Counted from the stretch's first letter, positions 1-10,171 are shown. The stretch is 64,000 bases of DNA from Nitrospinaceae bacterium (GCA_965223665.1 OZ245011.1:3328001-3392000), one strand, 5' to 3'. A program made the numbers and translations. Notes: generated from the letters alone by a model not told the origin.

Positions 1-1830
1 GGTAGGAATAAACTTATCATACTTTCCTAATGAATTTTTTCCCCAGAGAATGTTTCCTTCCCCTAATCCTAAAGCTTTGGGAGATAAATGGCAACTTGCA
101 CAAGATCGAACTTTTTTTCCCACAGAATGAGGTGAAACCGCAGATGCAGAGTGAGTAACGGAATAACCACTCGGGTTAGTAAATTCCCATTGCTTATATT
201 TACCCATATTGTCGCCAAATTCACTAAGGACAGGAATAAAATGTTCCTGATCATCTATAGCTGTAAAGGTATTGGGTTTATGAGCAGACATAGGAACCAC
301 TTTTCCTCGAGGACCAATCATTAAACTAGGCTCTTTTGTCTGAATGTGGGAAAAGTTTTCTGAAAAGACCTTTGATGGATTAAAAGCATTCTGTGGTTTT
401 AGAGTTAGATGGCAACCTTTACATTCCGGGACCCATTGAGAATGACAGGAGGTGCATTCTAATTTCTGTCGATGTCCGGGAAAATTATGGATGGTCCACC
501 ATTTCTTTGTCTGTGGTGTCTTAAAAGAAATACCATTTCGCTTACTAAATGTAATTACTTTTTTGTTTTGATATTTAACATTACTCATTTTATTGTTACG
601 CGAAGTAAGTACCATGGAGTCACCAACAGAAATTTTTACTCCCTGATAATGTTTACTTTGACGAATGACAGGATCTTTAGAATCGATTATTTTCTCAAAT
701 TTTGGGCTGGTTCTGGAAGAGCCATGGCAAGTTTCACAGCGGATTTCAACAGCTTGCTTTTGTTTTGAGTATATATTTCCATCGCCCATGATATCAGACT
801 CAGTATGGCAGTCAATGCATTCCATTCCCGCGGAAAAATGGACATCATGTTTTACCTGTCCTAGTCCAAATGAGAAATTTCCGATGTTTTTAGTTTCCTC
901 TGGTTTTTCTTCAAGACGGGGAGTTCTTAATATACCTTTGTGGCATTGTGAACAGATTCCGATTGGCGGAAGTGCTGTCAATTGGTGGGAAGCAGGGTAT
1001 CCTTCAATTCCCTTGGGAATTGTTTCATCCTGACCTTGGTAAATACCCTCAGGATTATAACGGAAATGACATGCAGCACAACCCTGTGATCGGAATTGTC
1101 CAGGGGGGGGTGGAGAATCTATATGACATTGGGAACATGAATCGCGAATAAAAAAATCCCCTGGGTGTTTAGAGATTGGAATAATAGGATCTGGAAAATT
1201 TTTATTCTTCAAATCCAAGGGTGAAAAATAAGGAATTGCTTCTAATTGCTCCACGGCTAATGATTCTTTAGGGATTTTCCCGTCGGTGTCAGTAATAGAA
1301 TAAATTCCATATTTAGCTTTTGGTGAAGGTTGGCCACCCCATTGAAACCTTAGTCCTGAAATTACACCTGCCATCGTTCCCATTATAGATTTTAATACAC
1401 GGTCGACATGATTGAGAGATTCATCTTGATGACCTGAATGGCATTGAGCTTTTCCGCAACTTTGCCGTACTACCTTTAAAGACGATGGATTACGCTTTCC
1501 GGTGCCGGCGTTTGGGTCATATATCAATGTTGAATGAGCTTTTTCTTTATCTAGTGAATCTGGTTTCCCACCATGGCAAATGGTACAGCCCCAATTTAAA
1601 GGATGAGATGTGCTGACTTGTTTAATTCCTCTATGACAGTTTAAACAAAGTTCCCGGCTGTCTTTGTTCTGTAGATTATACAAGTTCTCCAATGACAAAG
1701 AAGACGGGTTTAGCGGTTTGTTGTCAAGAGGTAGCTGTTTTAAATCTTGAGCAAGAATTGTCCAAGGGAATAAAAGCTTAAAAGTAAATACTGTCCAAAA
1801 ACAGAATGTTAATTTGGAGAAAAAGGTCAT
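1..1830 (-). CDS. Exported multiheme c-type cytochrome, 3' end beyond window edge (at least 610 aa)
   Basis: Manual minus-strand translation from ATG at 1830 (MTFFSKLTFCFW..., hydrophobic N-terminus) is open to the window edge. It has 10 CxxCH motifs (CLNCH, CTICH, CSQCH, CAACH, CSQCH, CIDCH, CETCH, CTSCH, CKGCH, CASCH) plus CGKAQCH. Absent from the ORF track because there is no stop codon in the window. Confidence 0.9.
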   Translation of the reverse strand, partial: MTFFSKLTFCFWTVFTFKLLFPWTILAQDLKQLPLDNKPLNPSSLSLENLYNLQNKDSRELCLNCHRGIKQVSTSHPLNWGCTICHGGKPDSLDKEKAHSTLIYDPNAGTGKRNPSSLKVVRQSCGKAQCHSGHQDESLNHVDRVLKSIMGTMAGVISGLRFQWGGQPSPKAKYGIYSITDTDGKIPKESLAVEQLEAIPYFSPLDLKNKNFPDPIIPISKHPGDFFIRDSCSQCHIDSPPPPGQFRSQGCAACHFRYNPEGIYQGQDETIPKGIEGYPASHQLTALPPIGICSQCHKGILRTPRLEEKPEETKNIGNFSFGLGQVKHDVHFSAGMECIDCHTESDIMGDGNIYSKQKQAVEIRCETCHGSSRTSPKFEKIIDSKDPVIRQSKHYQGVKISVGDSMVLTSRNNKMSNVKYQNKKVITFSKRNGISFKTPQTKKWWTIHNFPGHRQKLECTSCHSQWVPECKGCHLTLKPQNAFNPSKVFSENFSHIQTKEPSLMIGPRGKVVPMSAHKPNTFTAIDDQEHFIPVLSEFGDNMGKYKQWEFTNPSGYSVTHSASAVSPHSVGKKVRSCASCHLSPKALGLGEGNILWGKNSLGKYDKFIPT

Positions 1831-1886
1831 TGGGAAATGAGTGGATTTAAAACAGCCGCGTAAGGAAATCTGCGGGTAAATTTAAA

Positions 1887-2207
1887 CTATTTGTAGACAA
1901 CTTTCACATTATCTAAATAATGAGTTAATTCTTCAATGGATTTTCGGACGGTTTCAACATCTTTTTTTTCGGCCGCATGTTCAAGGGATTTGCCAATTTT
2001 ACTTAGGTCATTGAAACCAAAGCTACCTCCCGACCCTTTAATGATATGTCCAAGACGTGAAATGGAAGAATAATCATTTTTGAAAAAGCTGCTTTTTATT
2101 TCCGATAAATCTTCCCGCCTTTTTTTGAGATAGTCTGGGATTAAATCCTTTATATCCGAATCGACCGTGACCACGGGTTTACCAATTTGTTTCCAGAGTT
2201 CATTCAT
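1887..2207 (-). CDS. Stand-alone Hpt (histidine phosphotransfer) domain protein
   Basis: HIIKGSGGSFGF matches the Hpt H-x-x-KG-S motif; 106 aa helical protein. Confidence 0.85.
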   Translation of the reverse strand: MNELWKQIGKPVVTVDSDIKDLIPDYLKKRREDLSEIKSSFFKNDYSSISRLGHIIKGSGGSFGFNDLSKIGKSLEHAAEKKDVETVRKSIEELTHYLDNVKVVYK

Positions 2208-2303
2208 ATTAAATTGTTTGCTTAAATAAAAAAATCCCTGTGAGTTTGTTATCTATTATAAGACTTGGAAATGTATAAGGAAAAAATAATTACTTAATGA
2301 GGT

Positions 2304-4409
2304 TTATTTTAATCTTAATACTACAAGACTTCTAGGTATTAATGAAATTTCATTATTTTTGAGAGATATTGAAGTGTCTTCTTGGGTGCTATTTGTATTT
2401 AGAATGATCTCCCAACTTTGTAAGGGCTTCAAAAAATTTGGAAGATGAAATGCTTTATTTGTATTTTCTGCATTGATTAATATCGCGAGTGAATATTTCA
2501 AAAATGAGTTTGGCTTTTCTGGATCAATGTTCAAGGGTTCTGATGGAATTACAATTGTTATGGATTTAAAAGCTTCATCATGCCAGAATTTATCATTCAT
2601 TTCTTCTCCTTCAGGATTCAGCCATAGAACATCTTTTTCATCCTTTGAAATATTTTCATCAAAAAATCTGGCTCTCTGTAAGGGTGGAAATTTCTGTTTC
2701 AATTGGATTGCTTTTTTAAAAAAATTTAAAAACTCCTCTTGCTCTTGATTTAAGTTCCAATGATACCAATTTGTTTCATTATCCTGGCAATAAGTATTAT
2801 TATTTCCATTTTGCGTTCGACTTAATTCATCGCCGCCTAGAATCATAGGAACTCCTAATGAAGTCAGAAGAGTAACTATAAGGTTCTTCTTTTGTCGATT
2901 TCGAAGAGAGCAAATGTCAGAATCGTTGGTAGGTCCTTCAACCCCATAGTTTTCGCTATCATTATTGGTGGTTCCATCCTGGTTTTTTTCCATGTTGGTT
3001 TCATTGTGTTTATCTTTGTAGCTCACTAAATCTTCAAGAGTAAAACCATCATGACAGGTGATATAATTTAAACTTGCTTTAGGTGATCTATTTTTTGGAC
3101 TATAAATATCACTGCTTCCCGAAAATCGGCGGGCAAATAAACCAATATGTCCCGGGTCGCCTCGCCAAAAACGTCGCATGGTTTGGCGGTATTGATCATT
3201 CCACTCCGACCATTCATTGGGGAAACCGGAAACTTGATAGCCTTCTGGGCCGAGATCCCAGGGTTCAGCAATAAGTTTGGTATGAGTCAGGACGGGATCT
3301 TTGCGAATTTCTTTGAAAATTTCTGCTTCTTCTTCAAAATGGATTGGCCCACGCCCTAAAACTGTTGCCAAATCAAATCTAAATCCGTCAACATGCATTT
3401 CCTGAACCCAATACCGTAAAGAATCCATAATTAGTTGACGAGTTTTTGGATGATTCATGTTAATGGTATTTCCACAGCCGGTATAGTTCAAAAACTCATA
3501 ATTCTTTTTTTCGTCTAATTTGTAATAAGTAAGATTATCAATTCCTTTTAAAGACAAAGTTGGTCCTGATTCGTTGCCTTCTGGAGTGTGGTTAAAAACT
3601 ACATCTAAAATTATTTCGATTCCAGCTGAATGCAAAACTTTAACCATTTCCTTGAATTCCCGAATTGGGTCACCATTGTTTGTTGCAAACCTTTTGTCAG
3701 GAGCAAAAAAAAGGAGGCTATTGTATCCCCAATAATTCCTTAAATTGTTTTCGTATAAATTCTTCTCGGTGATAGCTTGGTGAATCGGAAGCAATTCAAC
3801 AGAGGTGATACCTAAATTTAAAAGATGATCTATTATGGGAGATGAAGCCAGACCTAAAAATGTTCCTCTCAGTCTTTCGGGTACTTCCGGATGTAGTTTA
3901 CTAATACCCTTTACATGCGTTTCGTAAATAATGGTTTTATCCCAAGGTATTTTAGGACTTGAGTCCTCTTCCCAATCAAAAGATGATTCCACCACCTGTC
4001 CTAAAGGAGCGCAAGAAGCCGAATCTTGGAAATTGAGATCATGGATGGAAGACAAACCCCCTTTAGAAAGGGAGAACAATTTATCATCCCATTTTAAGGA
4101 TCTACCTAAGAGAGGAGCGTAGGGATCAATTAATAGCTTCGAGGGGTTAAACCAATGACCCTGACTGGGGTTAAAGGGACCAAAGACGCGATACCCGTAT
4201 AGAGTCCCCGGACCGGCATTTTTTACAAAAACTTGCCAAAGATGATTTGAATTTTTTTTTAAGGGTAAACAATAAGTTTCTTGCTCAGCCTCGGCAGAAT
4301 CAAATATACAAATTTCCACCCGGGTAGCATTTTCAGAATATAAAGAAAACTTTGTGCCCTGGGGCGTACAAACCGGTCCTAACTTTATTACTTCCGTTGG
4401 ATTCAACAT
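2304..4409 (-). CDS. glgX: Glycogen debranching enzyme (isoamylase, GH13)
   Basis: NYWGYN, DVVFNHT, VDGFRFDLA, LIAEPWD, NYITCHDGFTL and QNGNNNTYCQDN motifs. Confidence 0.95.
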   Translation of the reverse strand: MLNPTEVIKLGPVCTPQGTKFSLYSENATRVEICIFDSAEAEQETYCLPLKKNSNHLWQVFVKNAGPGTLYGYRVFGPFNPSQGHWFNPSKLLIDPYAPLLGRSLKWDDKLFSLSKGGLSSIHDLNFQDSASCAPLGQVVESSFDWEEDSSPKIPWDKTIIYETHVKGISKLHPEVPERLRGTFLGLASSPIIDHLLNLGITSVELLPIHQAITEKNLYENNLRNYWGYNSLLFFAPDKRFATNNGDPIREFKEMVKVLHSAGIEIILDVVFNHTPEGNESGPTLSLKGIDNLTYYKLDEKKNYEFLNYTGCGNTINMNHPKTRQLIMDSLRYWVQEMHVDGFRFDLATVLGRGPIHFEEEAEIFKEIRKDPVLTHTKLIAEPWDLGPEGYQVSGFPNEWSEWNDQYRQTMRRFWRGDPGHIGLFARRFSGSSDIYSPKNRSPKASLNYITCHDGFTLEDLVSYKDKHNETNMEKNQDGTTNNDSENYGVEGPTNDSDICSLRNRQKKNLIVTLLTSLGVPMILGGDELSRTQNGNNNTYCQDNETNWYHWNLNQEQEEFLNFFKKAIQLKQKFPPLQRARFFDENISKDEKDVLWLNPEGEEMNDKFWHDEAFKSITIVIPSEPLNIDPEKPNSFLKYSLAILINAENTNKAFHLPNFLKPLQSWEIILNTNSTQEDTSISLKNNEISLIPRSLVVLRLK

Positions 4410-4451
4410 GTTTCTATGTTAAATGCCAACGACCCTTTGTAAAAATTTTTT

Positions 4452-4961
4452 TTAATAAACCGGATTATGAAAATAGTAAAGGGCATCATCTCCTGGAACA
4501 ATTGTATAATCCGGCAGGCTCGAACAATGTTCGTGATTGATTTTCCATGACCCACCATTTTTGACAAAACCATAGGTACATACACTATGCTGTCGTTCAT
4601 CCGAACTCAATCGAGAAGAAACGTTAATCATTTCGTCGACCAGTAGAAAACCGACGTTAGAACCAACGTTACCGGCTAAAATAGTTCTTTCATTTTTACA
4701 TTTCATATTTTCTAGATCACTAATCATACTTTCGTAATCTTTAATTCGGTCTTTAAGTAAAATTCTGTGATCGTCAGAAATTATTGTAATTTTTGGACTA
4801 TAATAATCAGATAATTTTTTAGGACTGGAGCAAACCACTGCGTCTACTTTTTTTAGAATATTTAAAAGATCATTTTTTTCATCAGCCCAAGCGAAGTTTG
4901 TGCTGAAGACAAATAAACAAAATAAACATGTTGCCCAAGTCAACTTACCCATTCTATTCAT
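4452..4961 (-). CDS. Exported NTF2/SnoaL-like fold protein
   Basis: Signal peptide ending AWA; C-terminal T-YGFVKNGGSWKINHEHCS is typical of NTF2-like proteins. Confidence 0.65.
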   Translation of the reverse strand: MNRMGKLTWATCLFCLFVFSTNFAWADEKNDLLNILKKVDAVVCSSPKKLSDYYSPKITIISDDHRILLKDRIKDYESMISDLENMKCKNERTILAGNVGSNVGFLLVDEMINVSSRLSSDERQHSVCTYGFVKNGGSWKINHEHCSSLPDYTIVPGDDALYYFHNPVY

Positions 4962-5020
4962 CTAAATTTCTCCAAAATCGGATTAAATTGGTCATTAATT
5001 AATTGTAAAAAAAAGTACTC

Positions 5021-7204
5021 TTAGGGAAAATTTTGGAAATAAATTTCCACGGTTTCTCCCTCGTGTGCCCATCCGAAGGAATCGGTTCCTGCTAATGTAG
5101 TAATGATTCCTTTGTTATCTACCTTTCGCACGCGGTTATTACCCATATCGGTGATATACATATTTCCTTTTGAATCGAAGGCAATATCAGCAGGTTGCTT
5201 CAACATGGCCTTGGTGGCCGGACCGCCGTCACCATAAAAACCTTGAATTCCGGAACGACCTGCGACGGTAACTATTTTGCCATCTTTACCAATTTTTCGA
5301 ATCACATGTGTTCCCGTTTCAACAATGTAAAGTTCACCAGAGGGGCTAATCTCAATTTCGCCTAAAGAACGAATTCCTGCTTTAAGCGCTGGACCGCCAT
5401 CCCCTGAATCAACATGTTTTCCATTGCCGGCAAATGTGGAGACTATGCCTTTGGTATCAATTTTTCTAATTACATTGTTTGCCGAATCTGCAACATATAA
5501 ATTACCAGCTTTATCAAATACCATTCCCTGAGGGTCCCTAAAGGAAGCTTTAAGAGCTGGACCACCATCTCCGGAATACCCGGCTTCTCCGGTACCTCCA
5601 ATAGTGACAATTTGTCCCTTGGAATCAATTTTTCGAATTTGATGATTTATTCTGTCGGTAATATATAGCAGGTTATCAGGGCCAACAATAACCTCAGAAA
5701 ACTGAGAAATTACGGTAATTTCAGATTTCGCCGAGGTAGCGTACCCAGAGTCTCTCTTGACGGATTTTTGGTAATGATCTTCCCCGGTATTCATTACTTC
5801 ACTAATAATACCTTTTGAATCAATTTTTCTTATAAGGCTTACAAATCCGCTTGGACTAATAAAATATAACTCATCATTTTTACTAAGGTCCATGACGGTC
5901 GGGAAAACAGAAGCCTTGAGTGCAGGTCCTCCGTCGCCAATGTTGCCTCGTACTCCCGTTCCTGCAAAGGTATTAATAATTCCATCAGGACTAATTTTTC
6001 GGATACGGTAATGAGATTTATCTGCCACTAAGACGTTGTCTTTACTATCTACTACAATTCCATGTGGAAAGTTAAGAATAGCTCCATTTCCTGGTCCACC
6101 ATCGCCTCCAAATTTCTTTATTCCATTTCCTGCTACAGTTTCAACCTTGTTGCCGCGCATACTCATTCGACGAATTCTATAATGCGAACGGTCAACCACT
6201 AAAAGATCTCCGTTTTTATCCAATGCCACGTCAAACGGAAGGTGAAGGCTGGTTTCTCTAGCAACTTCTGCATCGCCGTTATATTCCTGTTGCCCTGTTC
6301 CCATAATGGTGCGAATCATTCCTAATGGGTCCACAACCCGAATTCGATTATTGTATCGGTCCGCAATGTACAGGTTTCCCTTGTCATCCAATACAATCCC
6401 TGTGGGGCCGGCTATGCTAGCTCGGTATGCAGGCCCATTATCACCAATAAAATAAAATCCACCGTCCCCTGCAACGGTGCTGATTAAACCTGAAGAATCA
6501 ATTTTCCGAATTCGATTATTTCCACGATCAGCAATATAAAGGTTTCCTTTTTTATCCAAAGCTAAGCCAAAGGGTTTATCGATGGTTGCTTTAAGAGCGG
6601 GCATATTGTCACCGTTATAACCTTCGGCACCACTTCCCGCATAAGTACTAATATTGCCTTTGGAATCTACGACACGAATTCGATTGTTCGAGCGGTCCGA
6701 GATAAAAATATTTCCACTTTTATCGACAGCCACTCCAGAAGGTAAATTGAGATTTGCTTGAGTGGCTGGGCCACCATCTCCGCTAAAACCCGCAATGCCA
6801 TTCCCAGCTATGGTAGAGATAATCCCTTTTGTGTCGACTTTTCGAACACGGTGGTTTTCTCTATCAGCAATGTATAAATTCCCTTTTGCATCAAAACAGA
6901 GTCCTGCGGGGACCCTTAGTTTAGCCTGGGTAGCAGGCCCACCATCCCCTGCAAAACCAGATGCGCCGCTACCCACAACATTATGTAAGAGACCACGACT
7001 ATCGATTTTGCTAATGATGTTATGATCTCGACGGGCGAAGTAAATATCTCCATTATCAGCAACCGCAATGCCATCTACTAAAGAAATAGAAATAGAAGTG
7101 GCTTTGACAGGACCTTTGGCGGCAAACACAGGTACTGTTGTAAGTAACACTATCAAAAAGCTATAAAAAATTTTATGAGTCAATTTTGATACACCAACAA
7201 TCAT
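5021..7204 (-). CDS. Exported NHL-repeat beta-propeller protein (probably two propellers)
   Basis: About ten GDGGPA-type repeats with LYIADxxNxRIR blades. Start moved from 7279 to ATG 7204, which follows AAGAGG and begins a signal peptide. Confidence 0.9.
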   Translation of the reverse strand: MIVGVSKLTHKIFYSFLIVLLTTVPVFAAKGPVKATSISISLVDGIAVADNGDIYFARRDHNIISKIDSRGLLHNVVGSGASGFAGDGGPATQAKLRVPAGLCFDAKGNLYIADRENHRVRKVDTKGIISTIAGNGIAGFSGDGGPATQANLNLPSGVAVDKSGNIFISDRSNNRIRVVDSKGNISTYAGSGAEGYNGDNMPALKATIDKPFGLALDKKGNLYIADRGNNRIRKIDSSGLISTVAGDGGFYFIGDNGPAYRASIAGPTGIVLDDKGNLYIADRYNNRIRVVDPLGMIRTIMGTGQQEYNGDAEVARETSLHLPFDVALDKNGDLLVVDRSHYRIRRMSMRGNKVETVAGNGIKKFGGDGGPGNGAILNFPHGIVVDSKDNVLVADKSHYRIRKISPDGIINTFAGTGVRGNIGDGGPALKASVFPTVMDLSKNDELYFISPSGFVSLIRKIDSKGIISEVMNTGEDHYQKSVKRDSGYATSAKSEITVISQFSEVIVGPDNLLYITDRINHQIRKIDSKGQIVTIGGTGEAGYSGDGGPALKASFRDPQGMVFDKAGNLYVADSANNVIRKIDTKGIVSTFAGNGKHVDSGDGGPALKAGIRSLGEIEISPSGELYIVETGTHVIRKIGKDGKIVTVAGRSGIQGFYGDGGPATKAMLKQPADIAFDSKGNMYITDMGNNRVRKVDNKGIITTLAGTDSFGWAHEGETVEIYFQNFP

Positions 7205-7302
7205 GAGAGACCTCTTATTTTTAAAATATGAAAGAACTTGGCTGGATGGCCGAGTCCCATTAAACATGTATTTTTTCATTTAAACTATCATTTAGCAGAG
7301 GC

Positions 7303-7356
7303 AAAAAAAAAGTCCAACCCAGAAAAACTTTATTAAAAAAATTGGAATGGGACTTT
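7303..7356 (-). terminator. Intrinsic terminator/attenuator-like hairpin upstream of the NHL gene
   Basis: Minus strand AAAGTCC...GGACTTT imperfect stem followed by a T-run (7303-7311). Confidence 0.5.
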
Positions 7357-7484
7357 CGTTTTCTCAAGTAACCGTTGTCTTTGACAGTGATCTTGACGTT
7401 CTCAAATATTTGAGGAAAACAAAATCTCCTGAAATTTATATAAGCAAGGAGAACTTTTAACCTCTGAAATTATATGTGTTTGTC
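7303..7484 (-). ncRNA. Candidate structured sRNA or cis-regulatory leader (~180 nt)
   Basis: Bounded by a consensus promoter and a terminator-like hairpin; internal stems TCTCCT/AGGAGA, GTTTTC/GAAAAC, CTCAA/TTGAG, TCAAG/CTTGA. Confidence 0.45.
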
Positions 7485-7488
7485 CTGA

Positions 7489-7516
7489 ATTATACGGAGT
7501 AAGATAGTCTTGTCAA
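7489..7516 (-). promoter_or_regulatory. Consensus sigma70 promoter
   Basis: Minus strand TTGACA-N16-TATAAT. Confidence 0.75.
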
Positions 7517-7741
7517 CGGAATTTAGAAAAAATGGCTCTAATGAAAATGTTTTAAAATTAAGTCCCCAAATATTTTTTTTGGATTGGTTTGTAAATTTGG
7601 GTCTTGTTTTGGAAAAATGGTATTATAGTGCTTATTCAAATGGAGGAATCTGCATCCAATAATACAATCTTGGTGATTCAATTTCTTTGTATTTAGAAAA
7701 ACAAACCATTTGATACTAATTTTAGATAAATAGGTTTATCC

Positions 7742-9556
7742 ATGAAAATCCTATTAATTTTTCCGCCAGATTGGCTTCCTTCGGAACCCTACCTGAGTTT
7801 ACCGGCTTTGACATCAGTATTGCGACCTGCAGGCCATGAAGTTGTCCAAAAAGACATCAATGTTGAGATGTATGACTTAATGTTTAGCGAGAAATTTTTG
7901 CGACATGTGCAAAAACGAATTCATTTTGAATTGAGGCATTTGCAAATTCAAGCCGATCGACAAGGACTTGATGAAGAAGAACGAGAGCTGAAAAACGCTC
8001 TCGAAATGCAAACTGAGGAAATTTTTGTTGAACTTATTGCCAGTGTGAAAGAAGCCAAACGAATACTTAAAACGGAAGATTTTTTCGAAATTGAAAAATT
8101 AGAATGGGCTACAAGTACTCTACACCATGTAATGTCGGTGATTTCTCTAGGATATTATCCTGCACAAATTTGTTTTCCTCCTATTGAAACGGATTTGGTT
8201 TACAAGCCTTTTATGTCTACTGAAATAATAGAGGCTCTTGAAGATAATCAGATCAATGTTTACCGTGACGTTTATCGATTTTTGTTAGAGGACCTAATTG
8301 CTGAAGAAAAGCCAGATGTTGTGGGGATATCTGTAGTCCAGCAAAAACAGCTAATTCCTACCTTTACTTTTTGCAAATTAATCAAGGAGCAAATGCCAAA
8401 TACCCATATCACTTTGGGTGGAAATATCATTACACGCATACGCGATGTAATGGTGGGAAAGGATAATTTATTTGAACTTTTTGATACCGCGGTTCTGTAT
8501 GAGGGTGAGAGTGCTTTTTTAAAATTGATTGAATCCTTGGAAAGAGGTGAAACGGATTTTTCTCAAATGCCTAATTTGATGTACAAAGGGGCTAATGGAA
8601 TACAGGTGAATAAAGAAGTACTTTCCGAAAATATGGATCAATTACCACCCCCGGATTTTGACGGCTTGCCTTTAGACAAATATTTTGTTCCGAGATTGAT
8701 CCTTCCCTATTTGGCAACTCGCGGTTGTTATTGGGGAAAATGTACGTTCTGTGATCACTTTCAGGGTTATGTGGAGGGCTATCGTACTAAGCAAATTGCT
8801 CAGATCACAGAAGAAATTCGTTTTTTAAAAAATAAATATGGCAACCGTTATTTTCATTTTACTGATGAATCCTATCCACCCGCGTTATTTCGAAAATTAT
8901 CCCGTTCGTTAATTGACAATAAAGTAGATATTGCCTGGACGACTCATATGCGATTCGAGGAAACTCTGCTTGATGATGAAGTGTGGAAAGATGCACAAGA
9001 ATCTGGCTGTCGATACTTACATTTTGGTTATGAATCGGGAAATGAACGCGTACTAAAGCTAATGGACAAAGCAACTCATTTAGATGCGATTCGTACTAAT
9101 TTAGCAATGTCTGCTAAGCATGGAATTTGGAATCACATTATGGGGTTTTTCGGTTTTCCAGGGGAAACCTCCGAGGAAGCAGAGGATAGTAAAAAGTTTG
9201 TTCATGAAAATCGTCAAAATGTCCATTCTTTAGGTTTTATGACCTTTGTCCTGGGTAAATATAGTCCAATTGCCATGGAACCCGAAAAGTATGGAGTGAA
9301 TGCTTATAAAAACCCTGAATGGGACTTGGCATTAGATTACTATTTTACTGTTGATGAAGGATTAAATATTCAAGAGGCGTTAGATGTATTTGAAGAGTTC
9401 GAACGCAATCACGATGGAAAATGGGATTTAAGAACTTGTGTGCGGGAATATATTTTCCTCTATGTGGATCATTTCGGGACTAATGATCTCAAACAACTCC
9501 ATATCCAACCTCACCAACGTCCAGAAATTTACAACAACCCAGTTGGCATGGTTTAG
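7742..9556 (+). CDS. B12-binding domain radical SAM protein
   Basis: N-terminal cobalamin-binding-like region (PYLSLPAL, PDVVGIS, ITLGG, YEGE); RGCYWGKCTFC cluster motif; FTDE and GYESG. Confidence 0.9.
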   Translation: MKILLIFPPDWLPSEPYLSLPALTSVLRPAGHEVVQKDINVEMYDLMFSEKFLRHVQKRIHFELRHLQIQADRQGLDEEERELKNALEMQTEEIFVELIASVKEAKRILKTEDFFEIEKLEWATSTLHHVMSVISLGYYPAQICFPPIETDLVYKPFMSTEIIEALEDNQINVYRDVYRFLLEDLIAEEKPDVVGISVVQQKQLIPTFTFCKLIKEQMPNTHITLGGNIITRIRDVMVGKDNLFELFDTAVLYEGESAFLKLIESLERGETDFSQMPNLMYKGANGIQVNKEVLSENMDQLPPPDFDGLPLDKYFVPRLILPYLATRGCYWGKCTFCDHFQGYVEGYRTKQIAQITEEIRFLKNKYGNRYFHFTDESYPPALFRKLSRSLIDNKVDIAWTTHMRFEETLLDDEVWKDAQESGCRYLHFGYESGNERVLKLMDKATHLDAIRTNLAMSAKHGIWNHIMGFFGFPGETSEEAEDSKKFVHENRQNVHSLGFMTFVLGKYSPIAMEPEKYGVNAYKNPEWDLALDYYFTVDEGLNIQEALDVFEEFERNHDGKWDLRTCVREYIFLYVDHFGTNDLKQLHIQPHQRPEIYNNPVGMV

Positions 9557-9769
9557 TCCTACCAAGAAAATAAAACTAGAATCTATAATTCAATTGAACT
9601 TGAATTTTTATTTCAAATAAAGAGAGGTTAACTTTCTATTAAAACCTATCAAATAGAAAAGTGTTGGGTAATAAAACTCATTGTTTTTTAATAAATCCTT
9701 GAAGAAATTGTTTAAAAAATCTCTCCATTTAAAATACTTTTAATGGTCCCTAGCCAGGAATAAGATGAG

Positions 9770-10171
9770 TTATTTATTGGGATTGTAAGAAACCACGGGT
9801 TCTTGTTCTGTGGCAATATTACGACTAATGACAGCGATAGCAGGCTCAGAATCGCTTAAATTTTTCGGTTGATGCGGAATTCCTGGTGGTATAAATAGAA
9901 AATCTCCCTTTTCCGTGATTATCGATTCTTTTAATTCTTCCCCAAACCGGTTGTCAACGCGACCCTCAAGTATATAAATAGCTGATTCAAACCCATCATG
10001 AAAATGTGGTTCAGCTTTTCCTCCTGGAGGAATTTTAACCAGGTTCATGGAAAGATTTTGTGTGCCAGCGGTACGTTCAGAAATTCCAAGGAAATAATTT
10101 AAATTCCGTTTGCTCGTAAAAGATTCATCTGGACGAACTCTTACCAATTTTTTTTGTGGGTGGTCGGTCAT
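9770..10171 (-). CDS. Cupin domain protein
   Basis: PHFHDGFESAIY and GDFLFIPPGIPH cupin metal motifs. Confidence 0.85.
   Translation of the reverse strand: MTDHPQKKLVRVRPDESFTSKRNLNYFLGISERTAGTQNLSMNLVKIPPGGKAEPHFHDGFESAIYILEGRVDNRFGEELKESIITEKGDFLFIPPGIPHQPKNLSDSEPAIAVISRNIATEQEPVVSYNPNK

Noticed and set aside
69-1151. ORF-track entries 69-254, 472-768, 665-1033 and 948-1151
   Set aside because: Shadow frames overlapping the multiheme cytochrome gene
5021-7204. DNA-level repeats or a CRISPR-like array in the NHL gene
   Set aside because: Repeats are degenerate protein-coding blades, with no identical repeat-spacer pattern
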